From Callorhinchus milii (taxonomy: Eukaryota), in the NCBI RefSeq assembly GCF_018977255.1, contig NW_024704742.1:57662001-57726000 (forward strand): a stretch of 64,000 nucleotides of DNA. Direction: 5' to 3'. Positions within the stretch are counted from its first letter, which is position 1. Every line of letters begins with the position of its first letter. The notes below the pieces were generated by a model. The model did no database searches and was not told the origin of the DNA. It saw nothing but the letters and a program-made list of their open reading frames with translations. Shown in pieces: positions 39,185 to 52,911 of the stretch. The position numbers and the translations under genes are program-made.

Positions 39185-39665
39185 CAGAAGTCCAGTTTCT
39201 GAGCCAGATGGGTCTGCAGTATTCCAGGGCTTTGCTGATAGCGAACCAATCAGCCTGGCTCATCGGCAGGACTTCAAAGGCAGACAAGTCATCAGAGGCA
39301 GTGATTCTTTCCACTCAGCTCCTGCTAACCCTGCAAGCCAAAGCTCTAACAGGTAGAGTGGTCCAATTTGGACAAGCAGTGGGAAAGCTCACCAAACATG
39401 TGATTTTAGCTGGTTAGACTGCAGCAGTACCCAAACGGACACTCTGGAGTCCCCGAGCTTTGGCTCTTGCCAATCTGCGCCTAATACTTGGAATTAGGTA
39501 AGCAGGATACGTCTCTCCAGGGAGAGAGTGCGCATTCCATCCCAACAATCTATTACTGGAATTTCCATGTGTAGGTGGAACGCATGGAAATCACAACTTG
39601 GTTTGGATACTCTAAAGCACGGTGATAGGTTTCTTCATGTGTCAGACACACAGCTGACCAAAAAC
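39185..39665 (+). repeat. Unclassified interspersed repeat (copy B, uninterrupted)
   Basis: Homologous to copies at 4920, 30232, 59280 and 61610. Non-coding, with several hairpins and an A-rich 3' end. Confidence 0.75.
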
Positions 39666-42104
39666 AATTTGTGCCAGTCATTTGCAGGCCCCCAGAGTTA
39701 CCAGTGTGCTCACTCTGCTGGGAGATCGATACACATTCTGCTAACTCTACCATGCTCTCCCTCGCCCCATCATCAGTGGGCAATATTTCAGCCACTTTTC
39801 ACCCACTCTCTGGCACTCTCCCTTGGTTTTCAAAACCATTCTAAAAACATACTTCTTCAACTCCACATTTGGCCATCACTCTTTTACTCCCCACCACCAC
39901 CACCACCATTTTCTATGCTGCTACCCAGTCCACCCTTTAAGGCGCTTTGAGATATTTTCCTATTTATAAGTGCAGTTTGCTGCCCTGAGGTTTTCTTTTA
40001 ATTATAGCATGCAACAGAAATATATACTGTAGCCTTTCTATCATCACTGTAGTCTGTCAGCACCTACAAGGCATTTTATAAGGTTCATAGATGCCCAGGC
40101 TTGCAATGCAGCAGGACTACAAAGCATACAACTAGAATATGTAAGACAGAACCTTTAGGCAACAAAAATGTTTTACAAGTATCCTGCTAGTAATAAAAAA
40201 GTTGTGAGAAGACATGATTACAGATGGTGTCTCACAACTTAAATATAAAACAATAAATCTTCAGATTAAGAAAGCATCCTTTTTAAAAACTAATAAATCT
40301 AGAATAGAACCACAACATTCTGTTCACTTAGATTAGTTGAATATCATACATCACCGCCACTATGCATTAGTTGCCCTAGAGATTGTTTAAACACTAAATT
40401 ATTTCACAGAAGGCTATTGTATAAAAACAGAAGCAAAAACAAACAATTCACAGTGTTTCATTGCTGCATATTTTAGTCTTATTCACAAAAGGGGTATTTC
40501 ACTACCTCAGTGGGTAGTTTGGCAGCACTGAGGTAGTTGAACTCTCTCATTGCTTTGGATAAACATTTGAAAAGGAAGAACATAAAAGGATATGGGGAAA
40601 GAGCAGGCAATTAGGATTTAAAGTAATAGTTAGCTCCAATGAATGAGCTAAAATCAGTTAAGGCTCGGATGAATCAATAGCCACCCTCTATCCTGTAATT
40701 CTATTCTTCATTAATTTTTTTGGTTAAAACTATAAACAAAACATTTAGTATAGTAAATTAAAACACTAAAACTTCAACATTTATAAAACTGAAATAAGAA
40801 AAAGCATACTTTTTTTAAAAAAAATAGGTCAGTGGAGCGTGAACATGTATCTGAATATTGTGAAAAAATTAACAAGGGATCAAATAGAGCTCTTCAAAAT
40901 TCTGAAAGGTCTTGAGAGGATTAAAAGTGAAGGATTATTCTCATGGTTGGTAAATGTATAACCAGGGAGCACAAGATCAGAGTTATCACTGGAAGAGTTT
41001 AGGGGGAGGTTAGAAGAAATGTTTTTCCATTCATATGGTTGTTAGAACATGGAATGTTTTAACACAAGTAGTTTTGAAGCTGAGATCATAACATTTAAAC
41101 AGCTTCAATAGCTACTTATGATTAATAGAAGAGGAACAATATAAAAGGGTATGGGGGAATGGAGCAAGGAATTGGGATTAGTTAACTCTAGTAGAGTAGC
41201 TGCACCAGTATGGGCTCAGTGTAATATAATAATTCTTGCATTGATTATGCAACTTTTCATGTTGTGATGTCTCAAAGCTCTTTCCAGAATTTTACTCTTT
41301 GTAGGCATCTCTCTCTCCCCTCACCCCCTGAATGTTGCTTTCAGGATACCAAAAAACATATACACCATGATCCGGTGGAGATTATAAATAAGATTACATC
41401 AATACATTTTGTATTACATTGCCACAAACCTTACCGGCAGGAATCTTGGAATTTAGATTAAATTATGAAAATACAGAACGTGGTGTTGCAGACTGTATTG
41501 TATTATCCATGGTTTAAAGCCGACAGACAGAAAAGGAAACTAAAATCATACCAACTATGTTTGCATTGTCCATCTCTTAACTCTTTACCATTCAAATAAA
41601 TGGAGCAATCAGCTTTATAAATGTTTCAATGTTTTAAACTATTTCCGAGATGTGTATAACACACTCAGTTGAGATCAGAAGGATTGAAGTTTGAATTCTG
41701 GTAGGTTCACTCAACCAGCCATGTTTTCCATGTCAGTCAAATGAATATCATTGTCACAATACTATGTTTGCTTCGCTTCAGTTTTATTGACTGCCTAAAG
41801 TAGCCAATATTACTACCCTCAAGACTGTTTTGTGGGGGAACTCGGCAGCCAATTTGGTGTCCACAAACAGCCATGAAGTGAATCATCAATTTTATTCGAG
41901 GACCTTAACATCTTTCCTGAAGTGATGTGCCCCAAACTGGATGTAGTACTCCAGTTGCAGCCTAACCAATGATTTATACCAGAGCTGACCATATTCTAAC
42001 AATCACTTCTTGCAAGTTGCTACGGGATCTTTAATGTCCATCTGAACAGGCAGGCAGGATGACAGGATCTCGGTTTAACTTCCCACTCCCAAAGCACCTC
42101 CAAC

Positions 42105-42365
42105 AATAATGATATTCTTTGCATTTGATCCAGCGCCTTATCACGTCTTAGAGATGTCTCAAAGTTTTTCACAGGATACACTGTAAAGTGAATTCTGTGG
42201 GTGAAGCACGGCAGCCAATTGCACACAGCAGTTTCCCATAAACAGTCGTGGATTGAGTGACCAACTTATTCATTTTTTTTAAAAGAAAGGGATTTTACCC
42301 CTGGAAAAGCGATCCGCCAATCGACTATCAAGCGGGTTCCTAATTTCTGCTAGATAAACAGAGGT
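42105..42365 (-). mobile_element. Older long-form SINE, 3' two-thirds
   Basis: Tail, body and the extra 70-bp segment. Confidence 0.75.
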
Positions 42366-42589
42366 GTAAACAATGCAGCACATCCTCAGCACTGCAATGC
42401 ACATTTTCACCTGCCTGATCTCATATATAGCTGTCCTAGCTCTAATTCTGCCAAGAGCATAGCAAATGACTGGTGCTCAGACCTTTATCAATTCTTTCTC
42501 TGGACAGTTGCCAGAAGCATTTAACTACTGAATTAAGTCCAGTATATCTCCAAAAAATCAGCCTTCTACCTGAAGGGAGAGACTATCTC

Positions 42590-43135
42590 GAAACACAGAA
42601 ACTTACAGTGCAGAAGAAGACCCTTCGGCCCATTGAGTCTGCAAGAACTCACAGAGCAAGGAGATCAATCCCACCCCCACCACCTTTCAAACCTACCTTT
42701 CATGTCCTGTTTACATCCCTCTTGAAAGCTATAATAGAATCCACCGCCTCCATCACTCTACTCAATTGGGCATTTCACATCCCCACACTCTCTGGGTGGG
42801 AAAGTTCCTCCCAAGTACGCCTTTTGCTGTTCTTGTGGCTATCTTATAACTACATCCCCAAGTCACTCACTAACCTATCAGTGGAAATAATATCTCCCCA
42901 ATTACTCTGTCAAAACCCTTCATAATTTTGTTCACTTCTATCGGTCCATCCTAACTTTTACTGCTCCAATGAAAATTGACCCAATTTCTCCTCATAACTT
43001 CAGCCATTCATCCCCAGAATCAATCTCATGAACATCCTCTGCACCCCTCTAAGCCCTCAACATCTTTCATGAAGTGATGTGCCCAAAACTGGACTCAGTA
43101 CTTCACTTGTGGCCTAATCAATAGTTTGTACCAGA
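42590..43135 (-). mobile_element. CR1 LINE 3' fragment, degenerate
   Basis: CR1-type 3' end (CTTCGGCCCATTGAGTCTG) and ORF2 C-terminal remnants (CCCAAAACTGGACTCAGTAC). Confidence 0.65.
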
Positions 43136-43629
43136 GTTGACCATATTCTCACAATCTCTTCTTCTAAGTTGTCTAATTCTCAGCACCACCATGTCAGCTA
43201 GCACATGGCACTCATACTGATGCAAATTGTTGTAATGCTGTTAGAATTCTTTCAGCTGCTGACATGAAGAGATGCCAACAGTGAGTACGTCCTTAACAAT
43301 ATTTCTTGAATATACATCCAGTCTGTGATATTTCTGAGTAACAGCAAAATGATGGGAATGTAGTGCAATTGCACCATGAGCACCTTACCTGTGCCAGGAT
43401 GAGGCCAGAAATCACTCGGTAGTTTTCCTTGCATAAACAACTAGCTGCTCCCTGTGGCGTATCCTTTGGAAAACTGCTGTTACTACATTATAGACAAAAC
43501 AATTTAATTCAATGCACCAGTTTTACACCCTGCTACTGAACTTAGCCTGTGGCTAAAGACAGGATAATGACTCACTCAGACTCTTACAGCTTGTATTGCT
43601 GCCAACAAGGAACAGAACATGTACAATTA

Positions 43630-44470
43630 CAACGACTTATATTTATTCCCTTCACATAGGGAAGCATCTCAGAGTGCTTAACAGTGGCAGAGCTGGACGC
43701 TGAGTTGGAGAGAGAAAACACATAGACATGGTTGAAGAAGAAGGTCTTCAGTGGCTTTCTGAAGATGGGCAAAGTGAAGAGATTAAAGCAGAGCCTAAGC
43801 CGCTGATAATGCAGCAGAGGGGAAGAAGGATGTGCAGAAAACTGGAGCCAGCTGAGTGAAGTGGGTGCGTAGAGGATTGGGGTATAATCACCGCCTGGCA
43901 TCTCCCCAGAGGCGATTTGTGCAGAAATGTGAGGATCTTAAAAACGATCTATTCTGCAATAGGGAGCCAGTGAAGCATGGCAGGATTGGGGTCATGTTGT
44001 GGAGGCTGGTAGAGATGAGAACAAGGGTAGCAGAGTTCTGAATCATTTGGATTTTATGAGTGGTGGAGCTGGGGAGACCGGCGTGGATGGCATTGGGGGA
44101 AAAAAAATCAAGGCGTGAGATGACAAACATGTGGGTAAGAATTTCAGCTTTGGTGGGTGTGAAGTACAGTCAGAGGTAGGTGATCTGGCAGAGGTGGAGG
44201 CAAAATTGTCCTGGTCAGAGACCAGATGTGGGGTAGAACAAATGGGGATCGTACCTGATGCATAGATTGTGCACGGTGAGTCTGAGGGATAGGCCAGGGA
44301 GGTAAAGGAAGTTAGAGCCATAGGTGAGAAGATATCAACAGGGGCCGACATTCAGCTACAAAAAGTTGTCGCTCCTCCAGGGCTTGATGTCTGACAAGCA
44401 AGCGGACAGAACAGTGGACCTGGGTTGCATCTTGAGGAGGAAAACTAGTTTGGGTGTTATCCACACACAT
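43630..44470 (-). mobile_element. Old L2 LINE fragment
   Basis: FVISRLDF...IQMIQNSA remnants. Confidence 0.75.
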
Positions 44471-45649
44471 GTGGCCACGATCACCTTACCTATTCAATGT
44501 TTGACTTTCAGGGTTAATTAGACTTGAGTGGGAAGACTCTATGCCCCTCGCCAAGGCCCCTTCTTCCTACACGTCTGCTAACCTCTTCCTCCTTTCACAA
44601 TTTCTCCTGCCACATTAACTCCACCACTCAGATCTATGGTCACCCCCTTGACCTGGTGATTACCGGTGGCCTCACCGTCTTGGATCATTATTTCATTTCC
44701 TTTAACTCCTCCACCCACTCCCTGCCACCCAACCCACTTCTATCTCCTACCGTCCCTGAATTTTCCTTTACAATGCCCGTCATTCAGGCTTCACTCCATA
44801 GAATATAATTTGGGGCTTTGAAACAAGCATTTCTGAAGCTAGTTCACTGAAAGCATACATTGGCATCACTCTTTTGTCTAGACCTGTGATAAGAGTAAGA
44901 AAAGTGATCATCAAATCTAGTTTTAGATTTAAAGGCTCTGCTCTTTACTGCAATCCAGACAAGTACAGCAACGGAAATTAAACAATGAATGCAAACCAGA
45001 GATTTAATTTTATAATAACAAAATCAATGCCCTGGATCACTGTAGAGGTCCAGGTTAATTATAATGTGTGTTGCTCAGACCTATAAGTAACTATGGCAAC
45101 CATCAAGACTACAAAAAGGTGCATAGGAGTGTTGGCAGAGTCTTCTTGAGAATGCTTTATTGCTGTGAAACGTGATATGCATGCGTGGAAATGTTCTGTC
45201 AGAATATATTGCTATATCCATGTAAGACAAGAAAAGGTTTATGAAAGCCACGTAGAGAAAGATTAACCTCCTCCAAATAGCACATGCTCATAAATGACCA
45301 ACAATCACAGAAAACGTGAATAACAACAATGCATAGAAATAGACTAAAAAAACGGGCCTTTTTAGTAATCTGCTTTCAGCACAATTCATTACATGACCTA
45401 TATTTCAGTTCAGCATGGAATGTTAAGTGGAAGACAAATACTGTAGCAATACTGTCGTTACTATCAGGGGTTTTAGATAACACTAAAGCTCATGGATTTA
45501 AACATTAAAATAGCAACAGAATAGAAAGAATGTACATTCTTATATTTCCACATACCTTTGAAAATGTATGAAAGTGTACTGAAAAGAACATCTCATTGAA
45601 TAAAATCCATTATAATTAGTCAGTTAAGTAATAAAAGATTAATTAAACA

Positions 45650-46250
45650 GCATTCACAATTATAAAGCGCCCTTCGTGCAACATAACGTCTTGGAGCCCC
45701 CTAAAGCAAGGAAAAAGAGGGAGGGGAGGTGACCATAGGAGCATTCAAAAATTTTCAAATGTGATTTAAAGGTAAATAAAGAAGGGCAAGGTGAAGGTAT
45801 TGAGACAAGGAATTCCAGAGATTAGCGGCATAATAATAGCTGAAGGCACGGTCACCAATGGTGTCAGGGAGGGGTCGGGGGACCTGTAGACGTTCTGTGT
45901 TAGCTTAGCAAAAAAGGAGGGCAGAGGTGTGTGGTACGAGCAGGTCAGGGAGGTAGGAAGGGCCGAGGGCATGAAAGGATTTGTATGAAACAGTGAGGAT
46001 CTTAAAGTCAATACATTTGGAAACCGGGAGACAGTGGACCCTGACGAGGATTGGGGTGATAAGCATGTGAAGTTTTGTGCAGATCAGATACAGGCTTGTA
46101 TTTATTCGACCTTGTGGATGATGGAACGAGGAGATCATCAAGGAATTCATTTGAGAAATCAAGGCAGGAGGTTGCAAAGGTGTGGATGATGGTTTCGGTG
46201 ACATTTGTGAGAGATAGGGTTGGAGGCACGCAATGTAGCAGAGATGGAGG
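45650..46250 (-). mobile_element. Old L2 LINE 3' fragment
   Basis: ETIIHTFATSCLD and HCLPVSKCIDFKIL remnants. Confidence 0.75.
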
Positions 46251-47696
46251 GAAGAAGTCATGTTCAGTTACATAAACTTATGGAAATACCAATCATGTTG
46301 GTAAAAGTTTGTACATGCTTAGCATTTATTTTAGTGTCCACCTTGAAATATAGAATAATAAAAGCAAAGGAGATCATTGAGGCCATTAAGTGTAACTGGT
46401 TCTAGGTCATCCAATAAAGCGAATAAATGCCTTATAAGAAATTTGATAGCTTTGGGGAAAGTACACACATCTCTCGTAGCACAAGCACTTATTGTTTGTC
46501 TGGATCATGAACTTGCTGTAGGGTCAGAGTGTAGACATGCAACAGAGATTAGTGTGTAGAGAAAGAGAAATTTCACTTAGGGATCAAGTGAATGACTTTT
46601 GTGGAAGAAACAATGTTATGAATAATGCTAAAATGAGCAACTAACCAAACAGAGTTTGTCCCAAGTCCCTGGCTTTTTGTGTGTGGAGAATTGACCTGTA
46701 CAGTGGTTTTAGTCCAATTTAACACCGTAAAACAGGAAAAAATCTTGTCACTCAATGCCACCCTTCATCTTAGAAGTGCATCAGCTAAGGAAGTGCAGCT
46801 GCACATTCCCACCTGCCTGCTGCTTGACTCCATTACAACAACAACAAGAGTACATTTGTATAGCGTCTTTCACGTCGGGAGGATGTCCCAAGGCATTGAA
46901 ACCTGAGCAGTGCCTGGTGCACAATCTCCAGCACATGATCTCTGGCATATTTGCCATTGCACCTGATTTCAGATGACCTTGCATTCTCAAGAATCTGGAG
47001 GAAAACTGTATTATAAGCTTTTTTAAAAAAAATCAGTATTCACGTAGAAACCTGTAGAATACTTGAAAGTAATATTTTTTTAAAATCAATGTTTGTTTCT
47101 CAGTCTATTTTGGTTGCATTTGGGCAAACTCCTTCAACAGATATGAGAACATTAATTTGCACTGAAGAACATTTTTTATTCATTTATCAACTTCCATTAC
47201 TACAAGATTTTCTGATGCGTCACATAAAAGTCAGCTGCTTTCCACTATCAGCATATTTTAAGTAACCCAAGATAAAATCCCCTGACAAAAGGGGACCTTA
47301 TAACCTTTCATTCTGCAGCCTTCCCTGAGAGTCATCCATACAACATACAATAAAAGTTTCAACATCTTTTAACAGGCTATTCATACCCTATATGGTGAGT
47401 TTAAGGTAGCAGATTTTCTTATCAATGTGTCAAAAACTGTACCAGGAAGATGACTGAGAGCTATTGAATTTGTTTAGTTATTCAGCAAACTCCAATAGCA
47501 TGGGGAATAGGGAGTACATGGAAAGAAGAATCAGGAACAGATTTTTGATTCTCAATGGAATATAATTTATCTGAATGTTAACTGGCATCTAAAATGTAAG
47601 ATTCTAACTAATCCAAGTGAGAGCATTGCACACTATTACACTTTCTACTTGTGTAATTGGGTGTTAGAGTGTAAACGCTGACTAGCTTGCAACATA

Positions 47697-47794
47697 CAGG
47701 GTGACCAAAAAGTTGTGATATCTACTCTTTATCTAAAAAAAATATCATTTCTTATCAGACATTGTAATGGTTTCACAACTTTTTGGTCACCCTG
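47697..47794. mobile_element. 98-bp Tc1/mariner-type MITE
   Basis: Perfect 22-bp TIRs CAGGGTGACCAAAAAGTTGTGA, flanked by TA on both sides. Confidence 0.9.
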
Positions 47795-49359
47795 TAATAA
47801 TAGTAATAATCCTTGCATTTGATAGTGCTTTTCATGTCTTCCAGATGTCTCAAAGCGCTTCACAGAATATACTGTAAAGTGAACTGACTATTTGTGGATG
47901 AAACGCGGCAGCCAATTGCGCACAGCAGTGTCCCAAGCGAAGTGGGTCTCTTCAGTGGTAAAGCACCTTTGAGAATTCCCACAGTAATTATATGGTTTTA
48001 TTGCATTTAGAGGTGTCACTACTCTTTACAGTAAATCTTGTGCAGCACTTTGAGATATTTTGACAATATAAGCCACAATATCGAATGCAATGATTATTAT
48101 GGCATTTTCAAAATGAAACTGATGATAGAACTTTTTTTTTATGTAAAAACAGCCTTTCACATTCTATGTTGCATTTTAGAAAATGAATTCCTTCTCGTTA
48201 AATTCAGCACTTTCAATTTTGTCTATACACATCGCCTGAAAAGTACAAAATACAGAAACAATGCATTTGAATTTAAAGTCACAGCAAGTGCCAAAGTGCT
48301 ATAAGGTTATTTCAACATTGATTTACAACTGACATAAAATACCACTCGCAGCAACAACAACTTGCCCCTCACTCAGGGTAGCATCCCAGACCGCTTAACA
48401 GTGGCAGAGTACGATGCTGAGCCAGGGCGAGAGGGAGCTGACCGTAGGCACGACCTGAAGACGGGGAAGGAGGGGGCAAATGAAATCTAAAAAGCTTGGC
48501 AAGGTTGGTTCTCCATTCTAAGCCATTCCTCAGCAGGATAGCAAATGGTTTTGAGGTGAAAGGTCGCAGAAGATCCTGCAACGGTATCTCTGAGGGAGAT
48601 TTAAAACTCTTATTCCTGGAATTTCAGGAATTTTCATGATTTGGATGGAAATGACTGGCTAGTTTCAGTCTGTTCAAGGAAAAAAGATTAAATTAACTCT
48701 TTACAATTACATTTGTGTTGTCGCCATTTGTTCACCTTTAAATTTCAAATCTAGAAGCAGAATTTTCTCATAAATATTACGCTTACAAATTATTACTCAC
48801 ATAAAGAAAAGGAATATCTTTATTGACTTCATTAATAGAATCAATGTAGCAAGTCTACTACCATCTGCTTAGCACTGTGAAAATACTGTGAGTATGACAA
48901 AAACTATTAAATTACAATCAGAATAAGCATTTTTTCCCCCACTCAGTGAGGTGCAGGTCTTTATTTTCACTTGACTGCAATTTGGCCACATTCCAAAGGA
49001 ATGCATGAAGAGCGTTTCCTGCTGCACCCTCTTCTTGATGAGGTATTTAGTTGACTGTCTATAGTGAAGTGCATTAAGTAACTATCGTTTGTTCCAGACA
49101 AGTTATACTCAGCGTACATTCCTCTTAAATTTGAGGATTGTTACAGAACAAACTTTAGTCGCTACACTATCACACATCCTTGTTTGTATGTACGGGGAGT
49201 TAAACAGTACCTGCCATGCACAGCATGAAAAGTCTGGCTGTCCACACCCAGTGCTTATACTAACATGTTTATAATCCTCACAGATTGACTCATATTGGGA
49301 GATTCAGGGCACTTTGAAGTGCACATCGCAATGTTGACATTGCTGCCAGTTTAGTTTCT

Positions 49360-49675
49360 ATAATAATCATATACTTGCATTTGATATAACACCTTATTGT
49401 GTCTTTGAGATGTCTCAAAGCGCTTCATAGGATATAAAGTAAAGTGGATTGACTGTATTTTGTGGGAAAATCGCAGCAGCCAGTTGTGCACAGCAGTGTC
49501 CCCAAAACAGCCATGGAGTGAGTGACCAATTTTATTTTTGAGGATTGTTGGCCAGGACACTGGGAGAAACTCCCTTCTATTTTCGAACAGTGCCATGGGA
49601 TCTTTAACATCCACCTGAACAGGCAGATGGGACCTTGGTTTGATGTCTCATCCAAAGGTCGGCATTCTGGCACTG
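49360..49675 (-). mobile_element. Deu-type SINE
   Basis: GATGAGACATCAAACCAAGGTCCCATCTGCCTGTTCAGGTGGATGTTAAAGATCCCATGGCACTGTTCGAA core and tail on the minus strand. Confidence 0.8.
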
Positions 49676-50394
49676 TGTGGGCTCCATTTTTTGTTGTAAA
49701 TCAACAGCAAATAAAATATTTAAATTGCATTAGTTATTTATAATCGCACAGGGCAAATTTGTGAAATTGCCAGTAGAGCAGAACAATTCTTAGCCCACAG
49801 CAGCTCCTTCCCCTTAATTCTCAAATAGTCTAATTTTGAAGCTTTTTTTTGTAAGTTAGTTTTAAAAAAAACACATAAAACAGTTAAAACTGAATTCAAC
49901 AATTTGCTCATTTTTGCAGACCCTGTTAATGTTAATAGGGTAAGTCTAGCTTTGGGTGCAATTTTACCTAGCGTATGTTGTCAGATTGTACACTCTAGAA
50001 ATCAAATAATCCACTTATGAACCACAATTTTTATGCACTTCACTCTCTCCCTTACACTTCTAGAGGATGCCAGTCTATAGACAGTCCTTGAATATCTAAG
50101 ATACATCAATCAAATCTCGAGAACATGCACCCATCCCCATATCGTCGCTATTCAGTCCTGGCCTCCTTCATTATATAGATCCATTCATGATCTCTTTCCA
50201 AAGGGTTATCTCTAGAACAGGAATCTCTGCACACCAAACATCTGGAGTTCTGTTATTCGCAAAGTTTGCCTCACACCCTCTCTCTCTGCTTTCAAACCTT
50301 AAAAGAAAACTTCTGACTACACCTTTGGTTACCTTCCAACTATCTCCCATGTCTCGCCATGCTAACGCTCTCACTCACTTTCTGAAACACTTTG

Positions 50395-50880
50395 AGATTT
50401 ACAAAGAAGGTACAGCACATAAACAGGCCATTCAGTCCAACCAGTTTTTGCCAGTGTTTATTTACCACAAGTCTCCATCCATTCTTTACTCATTCCCAAA
50501 TCCTTCTAGTCTCTTATCTCTCATGTGAAGGTCCACGGTATATGAATCAACTGTTTCCGGCAGTGAGTTCCACAATCTTATTACCCTCAATAATTCCTCT
50601 AAATTCTCTTTTAGATCCCCCAGTCACTATCTTACCCTTGAGTCCTCTGGTTAGACTCCACAACCAGTGAAAAACGCCTATTTTATTCAAACTTTATCAA
50701 TCCCCCTTTTTAATTTTAAACACCTCTATTACGTCACCACGTAACCTTCCAGTCTTCAGCAAAAAACAGTCCTGAAGTATTCACTCTATAATGATAGCAG
50801 TAACCTGCCAGCCCTGGTATCATCCTAGTATGCTGTCCTCATAGTATGCAATCACATGGTTCAAGTCCTACTTAACCAAG
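50395..50880 (-). mobile_element. CR1 LINE 3' fragment, degenerate
   Basis: AGGCCATTCAGTCC 3' end and GAGTTCCACAATCT...CCTCTGGTT remnants. Confidence 0.6.
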
Positions 50881-51319
50881 TTCCATCCTTCTTTTCCTGA
50901 TCTACCTGCTCTCTCTTGGGGATGTCATCCGCAGACATGGGGTAAACTTCCACATGTATGCGGATGACACACAAATCTACATCTCAAAATGTTTCACAAG
51001 ATTCACTGTAAAGTACAATGACTATTTGAAGGCAAACGTGGCCATCAATTTTCACACAGCAATGCCTCATAAACAGCCATGAATTGATTGATCATTTTTA
51101 CTTAAGACACTGGGAGAAACTCCTTTCTCTTTTCGAATAGTCCTATGGGATCTTTAACAATCACCTGCACAGGTGGACAAGACTCGGTTTAACATCACAT
51201 AAGAGGGACTACATCTGCCCAGCTCTCTCTTGCATTACACTGGAGTGGCAGCCTATGTCAGTCTTGAGACTATGAGGCTCAAAGACCCATAGCGGAGCTT
51301 GAACAACAACCTTCTGATT

Positions 51320-51660
51320 CAACAACAACAAATTACATTTGAATTATGCCTTTCATGTCAGAAGGACGTACCAAGGCTCTGGACAGTCAAGGATCCGCAC
51401 CCGAGCTGTTGGGATCAGAAGTGGCGGAGGGCAGGGATAGAAGGGTGACCAAAGGCACGGTCAAAGAGGAGTTCTTGAGACGGATCTTGAAGGAGGCAAG
51501 GGGCCTCTGGGATGGAGTTTCAGAGAGTGGGGGCAGAGAAGCTGAAAGCCTGCCTGCCAATGGTGGGGCAGGTAAGACGGAGGACATGAAGCAGGCCGGA
51601 GTGGAGGGGGCAGACAGGTTGGTGGGGGCTTAGGAGGTCACAGATATCGGGAGTAGCAAG
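51320..51660 (-). mobile_element. L2 LINE 3' fragment
   Basis: (CAA)n tail, stem-loop and PTIGRQAFSFSAPTL remnant. Confidence 0.85.
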
Positions 51661-52911
51661 AGTCCTACCAACTGAGGCAGGCTGACACTCTGAAAGTAAA
51701 CCCAGAACAATATTTCCTGATATGCCAAGGTGGCAGAACAAGATTTGAAGGGCAATTTTAGGTCAGACACCAGGAATTATTGGTTTACATAGAAGGTAAA
51801 CAACAAGTGAAATGCATTACCAGGAAGCATGGTTGAACACAGAAGTTATTGAAGAAACAGCTTGTTGCTGTAATAGGTTTGATATTCTGGGAAGATGAAG
51901 CCAAGTGGCCTGAAGAACTTCCTTCGTTGAAACCTCTCATCATCTTGTGATATTGTGCTTAAGTGGTAAACCCTGGTCAATAATGTACATAGTCTAAATT
52001 TTAGTTTCAGGATCTTTTTTTCTAATATACCTCACAAGATCAAAGGAAACAGAATCAACTGATGTGAGGCCAAAATTACTCACATATTTTTATTATCTAA
52101 ATTATGTCTACCCACATTAAATAGAGACAGAGTTTTAAGTACAGTACTTTACAAGTCATTTTGCGTGTTAGTGGTAAAATATGTAAGGGTTTAGATTATA
52201 TCTTTTTCTTGAAAGTACCTAACCTCACAACTGATCAAAACTTCCCTTACAATCTTTCCTAGGATGAGACACAACACTGATTATGAAGTTAAACTCATTG
52301 TGGGCAATATAATAAAACCCAATAAATGCAGCGACTGAAAATTATTATTGATAATTTGCCAAAAGAAAATCCCCAACATATTTGCTGGTTTGGAAAATCA
52401 CATTTTCATATAGTTTTAAAGAACAGTTAAAATCAAGTTCTTCTGCATACCTTTAGAATAATTTTATGAACTGTTCATAAATTTTGAGACATCCTGCAAA
52501 TGAACCATGATGCTGATCAGTCTTATTTATGAAGGTTTAAAAAGGTTAAACTGTGATTTCAGGAAGCTCTCATCAATCCTGGCTATAAACAGACCAAACA
52601 TCCTAGCACCACTTCCAGTGAGGTAATGGTGCCCAGGTAGCAATGGTTGTTTCCCAATTGATTGGTTTGTACAATAAATAATTAGTGCGAGCTGCAAGCA
52701 AGAGGCTCATGCATATCTGCTTGCATTTATACAGTACAAGATGCACTCATCCTTCAATTTATTTTGATAAGGCAGCTTAGAACTCAACTACATAAATTAT
52801 AATAATCCTTGCATTTGATATAGGGCCTTTTCAAATCATTGAAACGTCTCAAAGCATTTCACAGGACCCGCTGTAAAGTGGTTCAACTGTATTTTGTGGG
52901 TGAAACATGGC

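Noticed and set aside
41680..41755. Faint resemblance to an ancient SINE core (GTTCACTCAACC...GTCAAATGAATA)
   Set aside because: Too short and diverged, and single-copy here, so it cannot be supported without an HMM search.
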